DNA from: a virus
Taxonomy: Duplodnaviria; Heunggongvirae; Uroviricota; Caudoviricetes
DNA: 64,000 bases
Virus record (IMG/VR): IMGVR_UViG_3300031413_000001
Direction: 5' to 3' (one strand)
Shown: positions 46,742-55,397 of the stretch, one piece after another
How the letters are laid out: every line of letters begins with the position of its first letter
How positions within the stretch are numbered: the first letter of the stretch is position 1
Made by a program: the position numbers and the translations under genes
The notes under the pieces: generated by a model
What the model was told of the DNA's origin: nothing
Databases searched by the model: none
The model's input: only the letters and a program-made list of their open reading frames with translations

Positions 46742-47404
46742 TTAGCGGTTGGCTGAGGGGATTGTTGGGCTCACTGCGCCCTGGCGAGGGTTGGGGATCG
46801 CTGGATCCAGCGGAGTAAGGGCCGGATCTTTGAACTCCGGGGTGTTGCGAATCTTCATCGCATTGCCCAGCATGGCATAGGGAGCCAGCGTACCATCGGC
46901 CAGCTTGTACCGGCCCTTGGTGTTGCTGCCCGGACATGCGAAGCCAGTTGCGCTGTAGAAGGCGTCAGCGTTCATTGGGTTGCGGCTGTCTCGATCTTGG
47001 CAGAGGCGTGTGACTGCGACGCCCGAGAGTCCAAGCGCAAACCACGCTGCTGCGTCGCTTCTCCGCGTACAGTCCTGGTCATTCTTGCCGATGTTGATGT
47101 TGAAGCCGATGGGGCCACCTGCGCCCCCCACACCAGTACCAACCAAGCATGGGTTAGCACCAGCAAAGTAACTGCCACTAACACTCGGAGTCGTGTAGGT
47201 GTGGCCGCTATAGTTGACATCCTGCTTTTGCGGGACATTGGTCTGGGGACCTGTGATTGCTTGAACGTTCACTACGTTCGTTGCTTGGCTGGTACCAGTT
47301 GTGCTGTTGGTACCCGGTGTGGAACCATTGGCGTTTCCGTCTGTGGTCTGTGCCAGAGCCGGACCGCTGAGCAACATGCTCAACAATAGAATGAGTTTAC
47401 GCAT
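46742..47404 (-). CDS. secreted protein with Cys-containing domain
   Basis: Sec signal (ALA-Q); NPC..G.G.GG...DQDC.RR...LCQD. Confidence 0.75.
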   Translation of the reverse strand: MRKLILLLSMLLSGPALAQTTDGNANGSTPGTNSTTGTSQATNVVNVQAITGPQTNVPQKQDVNYSGHTYTTPSVSGSYFAGANPCLVGTGVGGAGGPIGFNINIGKNDQDCTRRSDAAAWFALGLSGVAVTRLCQDRDSRNPMNADAFYSATGFACPGSNTKGRYKLADGTLAPYAMLGNAMKIRNTPEFKDPALTPLDPAIPNPRQGAVSPTIPSANR

Positions 47405-47435
47405 CTCTCTCCCCTTAGTTTCACGGATTAAAAGT

Positions 47436-47460
47436 TGGGAGGGGTTTTAGGCCCCTCCCA
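47436..47460 (-). terminator. intrinsic terminator-like hairpin between the two secreted genes
   Basis: TGGGAGGGG-N7-CCCCTCCCA, then ACTTTT on - strand. Confidence 0.55.
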
Positions 47461-47470
47461 GGGAGTTGGC

Positions 47471-48121
47471 TCAGTTGGTCGACTCGTCGCTATGCGAGTT
47501 GCTGGCGCTGTTGGAGTTGCTGTTGCTGGCCGAGAAGTCCTGGAAGGACGACTGGGCGGCCTGGTAGTTGGAGTAGTTGGAGGCCTGGTTGGCATAGCCA
47601 GTCTCGTTCTGGTAAGCCGTGTAGCCACCGTCGACGCGAACCGAGAAGGCCGAACCGCCATTGCTCTGACCGAACGTCTGGACCGAAGCCTGGAACGCGC
47701 CGCCATTGTCAACGGTGCCCGTTGCGAAGCCCGAGTGGTTGCTGGTCGTTGTGGTCTCGAACGGTGTCACGCTGGTCTGGCTGTATGCCGTGCCATTGCT
47801 CTCGAAGCGCGCGAACGCATCATTGGCCGAACCGCCCAACGTGGTGTTGAAACCCGATGCGGACGAACCGATCGTGTTGCCGTTGCCGTTGAACGTGCCG
47901 TTGATGTTGGCCGACTGGCCGGCGTTGTTGGTGCCGCCCTGATTGGAGAAGCCCATCGTGCTGAAGGCGTTCTGACCATTGTTGATGGTCGTCGTCGAGG
48001 CCTGTGAACCGCTCTGCGATGCGCTGTTGCTGTTCGACTGTGTGTTGGACTGTGCCGAAGCTGCGCCCGAAACCGTCAGTGCCAGCGCCGCAACGGCGCC
48101 CATAAAGATGTGCTTCATCAT
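47471..48121 (-). CDS. secreted S/N/G/Q/T-rich low-complexity protein (amyloid/curlin-like composition)
   Basis: Sec signal (ASA-Q); few charged residues; periodic F. Confidence 0.75.
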   Translation of the reverse strand: MMKHIFMGAVAALALTVSGAASAQSNTQSNSNSASQSGSQASTTTINNGQNAFSTMGFSNQGGTNNAGQSANINGTFNGNGNTIGSSASGFNTTLGGSANDAFARFESNGTAYSQTSVTPFETTTTSNHSGFATGTVDNGGAFQASVQTFGQSNGGSAFSVRVDGGYTAYQNETGYANQASNYSNYQAAQSSFQDFSASNSNSNSASNSHSDESTN

Positions 48122-48145
48122 CGATCTCCTATGGCCTAACAAAGC

Positions 48146-48161
48146 GTTAAGCTGCTATTAA
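48146..48161 (-). promoter_or_regulatory. CtrA-box consensus TTAA-N7-TTAAC
   Basis: TTAATAGCAGCTTAAC on - strand, between TTGACA (~48183-48188) and the RBS. Confidence 0.55.
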
Positions 48162-48279
48162 GCTGCGACAGTTCTGCAGGGCTGTCAAACAAAAATCGCA
48201 ACTATCTTTGAAGTAAAGTGTTGCTCGACTTTTGCGGTTGCAACATAGGAGAGTAGGTTACTTACAAGCTACGCCTGCA

Positions 48280-48438
48280 TCAATCCCAAAAGTCGATGCC
48301 GTTCATGAGCAGAACGATCACCACTGCGATGAGAAGCGGAATCCAACAGGCGAGCCAACCAAAGGCCGTGATGGCGAAAAGCGCCTTGATTGCTGTTACG
48401 ACGATGCTGGCAATGACGCCGAGGAAGATGAGAAACAT
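48280..48438 (-). CDS. small membrane protein
   Basis: 2 TM. Confidence 0.65.
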   Translation of the reverse strand: MFLIFLGVIASIVVTAIKALFAITAFGWLACWIPLLIAVVIVLLMNGIDFWD

Positions 48439-48439
48439 C

Positions 48440-49207
48440 TCAGGCAAGGGGAACCCTTTCAAACAAAATGTCGGTGCGGATGATGATCTTCTCAGGATCA
48501 CCGGCTACCAGTGGCTCGCTGTCGTGGAGCATACGATGCGGGAACAATAGCGCGGAACCTTCCTGTGGTGCCACGCGAAGGGCTACCTCATCCTCTCGAG
48601 CACTGCGATCCCAGTCCGAGAAGTTGTATTCCCACATGGGCTTTCCCACTTGCTCGTCGTGGATGAATCGTGTCGCGCCATGCTCGTTAGTGGTCAAGTA
48701 GATGACCAGCGTTTCCAGGGTCCTGATCTCACGGCTTTGACGAAACGTCTCGTCATAGTGGGCAACCAGCTTTCCGCCTTCCGCATAACGAATGTAACGG
48801 AATAGCGGAGATACCCCAATGGGGCGCCATACGGGGTAGCCGTCGTGATCGGTGGGCGAGGTAGCATCGCAAAGCATCCGGTCGCCATAGAAGGGCCGCA
48901 AGCGTTCCCAGATGCGTTCCGCCAGCGCGGGGTTCCAGTTGGAAAGCCTGTAGTTTCCGATCTCATTGTAGGTGTGGTCGGCTTTGCCATCCAATCCCAC
49001 TGCCAGCCACTTGTTCTTGTCCAGCTGTTCCCGGAGCGTCGCGGTGATCTGCCAGCCCAGCAGGTTGTCGACTACTTCGACGGAATAGGAAGTGCCGGGA
49101 ACGTTCTCGAAGGTCCGGCCAGGCAAAACGCCCCAGCTATCGTCGATGGAAGCCTGCGCGGCATCATCGAGTTCGAAGTGGTTTACAAAGTTGGACTTGT
49201 CAACCAT
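48440..49207 (-). CDS. 2OG-Fe(II) dioxygenase (prolyl-4-hydroxylase-like)
   Basis: R.IRY..GG.L.AHYD...YL...GAT.F...F.H...HD...K..IRTD. Confidence 0.85.
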   Translation of the reverse strand: MVDKSNFVNHFELDDAAQASIDDSWGVLPGRTFENVPGTSYSVEVVDNLLGWQITATLREQLDKNKWLAVGLDGKADHTYNEIGNYRLSNWNPALAERIWERLRPFYGDRMLCDATSPTDHDGYPVWRPIGVSPLFRYIRYAEGGKLVAHYDETFRQSREIRTLETLVIYLTTNEHGATRFIHDEQVGKPMWEYNFSDWDRSAREDEVALRVAPQEGSALLFPHRMLHDSEPLVAGDPEKIIIRTDILFERVPLA

Positions 49208-49400
49208 TGTCGTCCTCCAGAACTTCCAGGTCCTCTGCATTGTAAGGACCAAACATCCTGTCATCCTCAGGATCCTGGACGCTCAGGTCAACTCGGAGCC
49301 AACCATCATCGAACAGCACGGCCTCACCAACGAAGCCAGTGCAGCCATCGGTGCACCTGATTATCTTGACCTTTTGGCCATCAAGTTCCTGATTGTCCAA
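49200..49400 (-). CDS. hypothetical protein
   Basis: AAGGAGG RBS, TTG start. Confidence 0.65.
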   Translation of the reverse strand: MDNQELDGQKVKIIRCTDGCTGFVGEAVLFDDGWLRVDLSVQDPEDDRMFGPYNAEDLEVLEDDNG

Positions 49401-49569
49401 CTCGTTGCCTCCTTGCAGCCAATATCAGGATCAGCTGGTCGGACAGCTTTTCGGCGTCCTCGTACCTGATCTTACTGGCTATCTGTATAGGGCCTTCCTG
49501 GATTGTCAACAGGATATTTTCCTCGTTGAGATCCGAGGCGTTGACATTGACGGGCCGGGGACGGGGCAT
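49381..49569 (-). CDS. hypothetical protein
   Basis: TGATG coupling. Confidence 0.6.
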   Translation of the reverse strand: MPRPRPVNVNASDLNEENILLTIQEGPIQIASKIRYEDAEKLSDQLILILAARRQRVGQSGT

Positions 49570-49727
49570 CAGTCCTGGAGACGACCGATTGGATCCATCA
49601 TGCCGCAAAGCCGAAGCCATGCGCGATGGCTCTTGGCAGCCGCAGCATCAGCGGCCTTCTGTGCTTCCACCTTTCGTGCTGCTTCGCGCATTTCGATCTC
49701 TGCGATAACCTGTCCGTACTGGCTCAT
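49569..49727 (-). CDS. hypothetical protein
   Basis: TAATG coupling to nadE. Confidence 0.6.
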   Translation of the reverse strand: MSQYGQVIAEIEMREAARKVEAQKAADAAAAKSHRAWLRLCGMMDPIGRLQD

Positions 49728-50755
49728 TATGCCCTCCAGGGAGTGTTGTTCCAGCCACCAGTAACACCACAATCCAGGATGTCAAGGTGGACAGCGGGCG
49801 ACCGACCCAGATACTTGTGAGCGTTGTACTTGTGCATACGCTCCAGGTTCTCGCTGTATTCCTCCCACTGTGCCTGGGCTGCTGGGAGATTGTTGCCGAT
49901 GCTCAGGCAGCGCGTGACATCATAGACCACACTGTCGACGCCACCATAGGCAAGCTGTCGAGCACCAGCGCGCTTGAACTCCATGTAGAGCTCCACGAAA
50001 TCATATGGAGCGCCGAACACAACCTCGTCAGTCGTCGCATCATACATATCGCCAGTTGGGGCGCGATTTAGGACTTCCTCGGGAACACCCAGGAAACGAC
50101 CCAGATCGTAGATCTCGCTCTTGTAAGCATCGCTGATCAGCTGAACGTCGACCATGCCATCGCTAGCCTTGCCGAAATAGCCGAGGTAGCCGCCCTCCGA
50201 AAGGTTGGTCGTGCCGATCATCAGGCCAGGCTGACCCTGTGCTGCCAGGATGCTGGTAACATAATAGTAAGCCGGCGTCCGCGCGTAGCTGGTTGCCTGA
50301 CCAGCGCACCACAGTTCCTTTTCATCGCTGGGATACCCGACTGCGCTCTCGACCTCTGCGATCAATGGACCGGTGATTCGGCTCATATTGATCACTGCGG
50401 CCTTGACCCCAAAAGCCTCGCAGACTTCCTGTGCGAGCCGCGTGGCCTGCCTCTGGCCCGTAACCCCTGGGTTGACGTTGTCGGGCATTGTGATTGCCAC
50501 GATACGTTCGATGGGGCTGTCATCGGCCCGAGCGGCCATTTCCACGAGGCCGAGAACGACCGCGCTGTCGATGCCGCCCGACACTGCGACGACGGCGGAC
50601 TTGAGCCCTGCCTGACGATAGTAGTCGTTGAGGAGAATGGTCTTTCGTTCGATGTAGTCCTCGACCACGAAGTTCCGTGCCTCGCGGACAATTTCCAGTG
50701 CCCTCTTGAGCGCGGGCTCCATGACCATGTTGGTCTTTTCGTTACGAATTTCCAA
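49727..50755 (-). CDS. nadE: NH3-dependent NAD+ synthetase
   Basis: SGGIDS PP-loop, GTTNLSE, GYFGKASDG, KSEIY.L...LGVP, APTGD. Confidence 0.9.
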   Translation of the reverse strand: MEIRNEKTNMVMEPALKRALEIVREARNFVVEDYIERKTILLNDYYRQAGLKSAVVAVSGGIDSAVVLGLVEMAARADDSPIERIVAITMPDNVNPGVTGQRQATRLAQEVCEAFGVKAAVINMSRITGPLIAEVESAVGYPSDEKELWCAGQATSYARTPAYYYVTSILAAQGQPGLMIGTTNLSEGGYLGYFGKASDGMVDVQLISDAYKSEIYDLGRFLGVPEEVLNRAPTGDMYDATTDEVVFGAPYDFVELYMEFKRAGARQLAYGGVDSVVYDVTRCLSIGNNLPAAQAQWEEYSENLERMHKYNAHKYLGRSPAVHLDILDCGVTGGWNNTPWRA

Positions 50756-50820
50756 TTTCGATCTCCTGTTGTTCCATTCAACATAGTGCCAGACTGGAAC
50801 GCGTCAACCAGTTTAGTCAC

Positions 50821-50857
50821 AAAAAAGCGCGCTAGTTTCCCAGCGCGCTCTCTTTTG
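50821..50857 (-). terminator. intrinsic terminator
   Basis: AGCGCGCT-N8-AGCGCGCT (self-complementary arms) followed by T-run on - strand. Confidence 0.7.
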
Positions 50858-50858
50858 C

Positions 50859-51206
50859 TTAACGCGTCTTAAGCCACTTTGTGCGCTGCTTAATTGCTTT
50901 TTTGTAAGCTGCAATAACTTTGCTGTTGTTGCCCTTAAGTTCCATCGCTTCATAAACAAAAGCGCGCCCAGTCAACTCCAGTTCATCGTTAGTCATGTTG
51001 TACACTGTTTCAGGATCATGTCCCAGTGCTTTCATGTCTGCTTCAAACGTGTCGTCAAGCTCATCGTTTGTTACGTCAACGCTTGCGTACTCATTGTTGT
51101 TGTGCAGCGTCAAGTCTGATGCCCAGTTGTGCAGCGTGTCGTCATTGAAAGTGTTTGCAGTCTGGATTGCAGCGCGCACAACAAGCGTGTTTTCGATCTT
51201 GCTCAT
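50859..51206 (-). CDS. acidic hypothetical protein, atypical composition
   Basis: own promoter and terminator; coding strand has 2 CC sites in 348 nt. Confidence 0.8.
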   Translation of the reverse strand: MSKIENTLVVRAAIQTANTFNDDTLHNWASDLTLHNNNEYASVDVTNDELDDTFEADMKALGHDPETVYNMTNDELELTGRAFVYEAMELKGNNSKVIAAYKKAIKQRTKWLKTR

Positions 51207-51407
51207 TTTGTAGTCCTTTGTTTGTTTGCTTCCGATAAACAGACATTAGCATAAAACTGGAAACGCGCAAGCAAAAAAGTACTCAGTTTCAAAAATAATT
51301 GAGCTAAAAATGCGCGCAAAATTGCCCTTTTTGAGTAAAACTGGTTGCAGTAACTCTGGTTTATGCTAATGTCTTTTTATCGGAAACGCACAAAGCGGAG
51401 TAACAAA
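51207..51407. promoter_or_regulatory. AT-rich divergent promoter pair with A/T tracts
   Basis: both carry TTATGCTAATGTCT-x-TTTATCGGAA. Confidence 0.75.
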
Positions 51408-51791
51408 ATGCACTTAGAGATCGACGCAAAAGCAAAGAAGGCTATTAACAAGACTTTGAAGGCTTTTGGTCTGCGGATCACTTTGGGGCAGGGTTCGACG
51501 ACGCGCTACATGATACAGCGAAAGCGCATGATCACGAACAGCTATGGTGCGAAACCGGGTAGCTGGTACGCTGTTGGTCTTGCATACGGCGAGCAGCTGG
51601 TAAACGTGCTAAAAGATGGCACGATGGCAATTAAGAAGACTGGCGACAATGGCTGGTATTTGGATCGGAAGGACTTTGGGGACGTTTGGGGCCCGGTCGA
51701 GATCGAGGAACGCGCGATGCTGGTCATCGAGCTAACGCTGCTGGTAATGCAGTATGGGCAGCTCGAGGGGCAGGAGGAACTGACCTACTAA
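51408..51791 (+). CDS. hypothetical protein, atypical composition
   Basis: GGAG RBS; coding strand CC at 3 sites only. Confidence 0.8.
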   Translation: MHLEIDAKAKKAINKTLKAFGLRITLGQGSTTRYMIQRKRMITNSYGAKPGSWYAVGLAYGEQLVNVLKDGTMAIKKTGDNGWYLDRKDFGDVWGPVEIEERAMLVIELTLLVMQYGQLEGQEELTY

Positions 51792-51951
51792 GGAATAAAG
51801 ATCGCGGTGATGATTTTGGTGTCGGGGTCAATGGCAACAAAGGCCCCGATATTTGTACCTGGTTCACGATTGAGCAGGCTGTCGGGGGCCACATCGCCCA
51901 CGCGAAGTGGAATGCTCCGCGACCTCCTGAATAGGCCCTTGATCCAGCCGA

Positions 51952-52185
51952 TCATGCGTTCAGCTTCTGAGCCAGTTCCTCGGCCGTGGTGCCATCCTCA
52001 TACGAGGTGCCCAGAGCTTCCAGACCATAGGCGTGCATGGTCTGAACCGCTGCATCGTTGCCCTGCTGGTTGAGCTGACCCAGACGTTCCATTACGAGAA
52101 CGCGCCACTTGGTGAAAGCGGTTGTGCTCTTGTTCTTGTCGTAGCCCGGCTCTTCTTCATGGTGCCACAGATTGATCGCCATCAT
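51952..52185 (-). CDS. hypothetical protein
   Basis: AAGGAGATCGA RBS. Confidence 0.7.
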   Translation of the reverse strand: MMAINLWHHEEEPGYDKNKSTTAFTKWRVLVMERLGQLNQQGNDAAVQTMHAYGLEALGTSYEDGTTAEELAQKLNA

Positions 52186-52339
52186 CGATCTCCTTTAAGT
52201 CTGTTCGTATTGCCAGATATGCCGAGAGGGCAAGGGCTCTGAAATTGATGTGACGGAAGATGCGATCAGGAAGACCAGTCTCGGCCTCCTCTCGCATCCT
52301 CTCTGCCATCCGATCTATGATGTCGGATTGCCTTGACAT
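52157..52339 (-). CDS. hypothetical protein
   Basis: TGATG coupling. Confidence 0.55.
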   Translation of the reverse strand: MSRQSDIIDRMAERMREEAETGLPDRIFRHINFRALALSAYLAIRTDLKEIDDGDQSVAP

Positions 52340-52656
52340 CAGCGTCGCTTCCGACCCTTGCCAAAGATCGTGTCAAAGGCACCGCCCTCGCCGAAGATCT
52401 TGCCCATTCCCTCGTCCATCTGCGCGAAGCCCTCGTCCATGTCGCGATCACTGGGACGACGGAGACCAGCGTTGTGGGCTTCCAGCATCTTGTTGTGCTC
52501 AGCGACCTTGGCCTTCAGATGGGCCAGATCAGCTTTGGCTTGCGCGCCCTCGACCAGAAGCTTGTGGATTTCTCCCAGCCACTTTCGCTTGACGGTCAGG
52601 CTTGATTCGGGATCGCCGAACGTGACTGCCTTCAGGGTAGCCATGTCAACGGCCAT
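52339..52656 (-). CDS. hypothetical protein
   Basis: AGGAGATCGA RBS. Confidence 0.7.
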   Translation of the reverse strand: MAVDMATLKAVTFGDPESSLTVKRKWLGEIHKLLVEGAQAKADLAHLKAKVAEHNKMLEAHNAGLRRPSDRDMDEGFAQMDEGMGKIFGEGGAFDTIFGKGRKRR

Positions 52657-52913
52657 TATTCGATCTCCTGCAAGTATCCATCAGTGGTAACATTCCACTG
52701 CTTGAACACACTGTTGTCTGGATTGAGGATTGTCAACCGCATCTGACCATGATAGTTGTTCATGGTGTCGGCCAGAACACCCAGGGCCTCAATGGGCTCA
52801 TGGTCGATGGCATCCGTATCAACGCCAGTATCGTGGCTGATGATACGAACATCGTTGCTGCTGAGTCCAAGTGCCTGACGGACTGCCCAAAAGGGCGGAA
52901 GCTTCTCAGTCAA
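52656..52913 (-). CDS. hypothetical protein
   Basis: AAGGAGATCGA then TTG. Confidence 0.65.
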   Translation of the reverse strand: MTEKLPPFWAVRQALGLSSNDVRIISHDTGVDTDAIDHEPIEALGVLADTMNNYHGQMRLTILNPDNSVFKQWNVTTDGYLQEIE

Positions 52914-53232
52914 TGGTTCGATCTCCTTCCACACTGTCCTTGTAACGCCGAGCCCACTTCTGGCACTTGGCAAGAAGGATAGCGGTGATTTCCTCGTCGG
53001 TTGTCTCAGGACGGAATACAAAGATTGTGTCCAGCATACAAGCAATCACATCAATTGCTTCGCCGACCACACCATCGGGGCCACCGGGGCGGGCCTCATA
53101 GTAGTGTCCCAGTTCCTCGTCCAGCTCGACCATTTCCCGCTGACCATGCTGATAGATATCAAAGAGGGTCCGGCCGTTGTTGATCTCGCGGGCAAAATGC
53201 CGGACGATGTCAATGGGATTGTTGGTGTCCAT
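52906..53232 (-). CDS. MazG-like all-alpha NTP pyrophosphohydrolase
   Basis: EMVELDEE...GEAIDVIAC.LD (ExxE...ExxD); K..KW. Confidence 0.7.
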   Translation of the reverse strand: MDTNNPIDIVRHFAREINNGRTLFDIYQHGQREMVELDEELGHYYEARPGGPDGVVGEAIDVIACMLDTIFVFRPETTDEEITAILLAKCQKWARRYKDSVEGDRTID

Positions 53233-53393
53233 TAGGCGACCTTTCTGAATCGTTTGGCCTTGAGGGCTGCATCACGCTTGCCCTCGGCATACTTGAGCAT
53301 TTCCCACAACTCTCGGGTCCGGTAATCAGTACACCGCTCAACCCAGTCTTCGTAGGTCATCGTGTCTACAGGGTGCCGGGGTCCAACTGCCAT
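53232..53393 (-). CDS. hypothetical protein
   Basis: GAGGAG RBS. Confidence 0.65.
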   Translation of the reverse strand: MAVGPRHPVDTMTYEDWVERCTDYRTRELWEMLKYAEGKRDAALKAKRFRKVA

Positions 53394-53482
53394 CGTGATC
53401 TCCTCTGATCTCCACACTAGCAGGACTGGGCGCCAGGGCAACCAGTTATTGAAACGTGGCGGAAACCTGCTATAAGGGAGGA

Positions 53483-53824
53483 ATGGCAGAGATGACTCCC
53501 AATGAACGAGCCTTTATCACAATCTCGGATGAACTCCGGCGGCTGGAAAACAGCCTCGTGGTAATGGAAGTCCTGAAAAAGACCGTTGTTCGAATGGATC
53601 AGTGGACCAAGACCAACTTGGCTGATGTCGACCACAACCATGTATTCACAGCGGAAATGGAGGGCTGGCTAAAGGTTATCCCCTACATCTGTGACGACGG
53701 ATCCAAGATCAGGGAAAAGGCCGACACGGCTGCTACTCGGATTGAAGAGCTGAAAAAGCTTCAGGAAGTATTCTTGAAGGGTGGCAACATCGTGGCAGCC
53801 AAGCTGTCCGGAGTCATGGACTAA
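53483..53824 (+). CDS. hypothetical protein
   Basis: GGGAGG RBS; TTGAAA/TATAAG upstream. Confidence 0.7.
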   Translation: MAEMTPNERAFITISDELRRLENSLVVMEVLKKTVVRMDQWTKTNLADVDHNHVFTAEMEGWLKVIPYICDDGSKIREKADTAATRIEELKKLQEVFLKGGNIVAAKLSGVMD

Positions 53825-54039
53825 ACGGCGTTGCCGGTTTCCTGCATGGTCACGACTACTTCAACGTAACGGCGCACCAGGCGTGCAACCTTGGCCTTTT
53901 GCGCTTCCGCGAGCGTTTCAAACGTGTCAGCGGCCTCCATGCGGTCCACCGAGTCCTTGGCAGTCCAGGATCCCCGCTTTACCTTGGAGCCACGGCGATA
54001 CCACAGGTTGTCGTAGTATTCAATGATCCAGCGGTTCAC
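53821..54039 (-). CDS. hypothetical protein
   Basis: GTGA overlap. Confidence 0.65.
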   Translation of the reverse strand: MNRWIIEYYDNLWYRRGSKVKRGSWTAKDSVDRMEAADTFETLAEAQKAKVARLVRRYVEVVVTMQETGNAV

Positions 54040-54224
54040 TCACCATACTCAGCACGGATGGCCGAGATCAGGCGGCTCAGCACATCCCTGATATTCTCGG
54101 GGTCAGCGCCACCAGCCAGCATGTCATCGGAGATTTCCAGCAGGATCTCTTGCGTGGCAGAAGTCCACCAGCCGCCCTCGGGTTCCAGCTGGCCGACGAT
54201 GAATGCCGCAGTACTCGTTGCCAT
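54036..54224 (-). CDS. hypothetical protein
   Basis: TAATG coupling. Confidence 0.65.
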   Translation of the reverse strand: MATSTAAFIVGQLEPEGGWWTSATQEILLEISDDMLAGGADPENIRDVLSRLISAIRAEYGE

Positions 54225-54685
54225 TAGTCTCGACCACCCTTTGCACAAACTGGTCCCAACCCGCTAGCGATGGATTCCGGCACAGTCAATGCCTTGCGGC
54301 ACTTTCCACACTTTCCCTGGTGCCAGATCTCAACGCGCTCCAACACCTTCTCGTTCATGATGTTGCTGAACAACCATTCGAGCCCCTGAACGCTGGGAGC
54401 CGTCTGGGAAACTTTGGCCTTGGCCCCGCCGTAACGGTAGCTGGCAAAGTCCGTATCGGCGCCCTTGCCAAACATGATGCCAAAATAGGCGTAGCTGTTG
54501 GTGTTGTCGGGGCCGTTGAGAAGCTGGACGAAATATGGGTTCTTGGCGCCCTCTGCGCGGGGCTTCCGAATGCGATACGTGAAGCGAGTTCCCGTCCGCT
54601 TACTGACCACGGTGAACACGGCGTTGCCCGCCAGAGCAAACTTACGAAAAGCTGCCATGTTGCTGAACGTTCCGCCGTGTGCCAT
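54224..54685 (-). CDS. DUF6011-like zinc-finger protein
   Basis: GKCGKCRKALTVPESIASGLGPVC. Confidence 0.75.
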   Translation of the reverse strand: MAHGGTFSNMAAFRKFALAGNAVFTVVSKRTGTRFTYRIRKPRAEGAKNPYFVQLLNGPDNTNSYAYFGIMFGKGADTDFASYRYGGAKAKVSQTAPSVQGLEWLFSNIMNEKVLERVEIWHQGKCGKCRKALTVPESIASGLGPVCAKGGRD

Positions 54686-54746
54686 TCTAGATCTCCTCGT
54701 TTCCGATGTTCTGGATCTAACACCAGAGTTTGGTAGGGCAACCGCT

Positions 54747-54914
54747 TTATGCGGCCACCCACCGAATCTCGTGGCGATCACGATCAATCGACATTAGGAA
54801 CTTTTCCGCCGCATCGCTAGGCTCGCCGTACTTGTTGAACTTGAAGACCTTTTCGTTGTTCCAATGCGCTTCGTTGCTGGAATTGCGCGACCGAGTCTGC
54901 AGCATCTTCTTCAC
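54747..54914 (-). CDS. 55-aa hypothetical protein (not in ORF track)
   Basis: single-gene cassette; GAGGAGATCGAAC-GTG. Confidence 0.7.
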   Translation of the reverse strand: MKKMLQTRSRNSSNEAHWNNEKVFKFNKYGEPSDAAEKFLMSIDRDRHEIRWVAA

Positions 54915-54977
54915 GTTCGATCTCCTCGTTTCCGATGTACCAGTCCTAGCAGAACTGGTGAGGAGATCAACCGCTTT

Positions 54978-55307
54978 TTAGCCTCGCATCAACTGATATC
55001 GGGCCAGTGTGTCGACCATTGCCTCCATGGACCAGTCGGCGCGCTCCATCAGTTCAAAGACCGCTTCCTGATCGGCCATGCGGGCCAGGTAGTTGTCCAG
55101 TGCGCGAGAAAGTTCGATCTGCCGCTCACCGGGCTCCATCAGGAGAACATGATTGGTTGGAAGCAGCTGGAGTTCTTCGCCCATCTGCGCGGCCCTGGTG
55201 TTGTAATAGACGCGATGGAGAACCTCGTGGTTGATGATGAACAGTTTGTCCTTGGAGGGCAGCTTGGCCCACGAGACGCCCTTGATGTTGATGGTGTTCT
55301 TGTCCAT
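54978..55307 (-). CDS. hypothetical protein with HExxH motif
   Basis: FIINHEVLH. Confidence 0.65.
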   Translation of the reverse strand: MDKNTINIKGVSWAKLPSKDKLFIINHEVLHRVYYNTRAAQMGEELQLLPTNHVLLMEPGERQIELSRALDNYLARMADQEAVFELMERADWSMEAMVDTLARYQLMRG

Positions 55308-55364
55308 GGTCGATCTCCTTCCCACACCAGTTAGCACTCTGGACATGGAAATCAACCAAAGAAA

Positions 55365-55390
55365 TGGCGCGAAGTTTTACCCTCGCGCCA
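55365..55390 (-). terminator. stem-loop terminator
   Basis: TGGCGCGA-N10-TCGCGCCA, then TTTCTTT on - strand. Confidence 0.6.
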
Positions 55391-55397
55391 GTTTCTC

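Noticed and set aside
50859-50872. Second CtrA box
   Set aside because: Spacing is TTAA-N6-TTAA and it lies at a gene 3' end.
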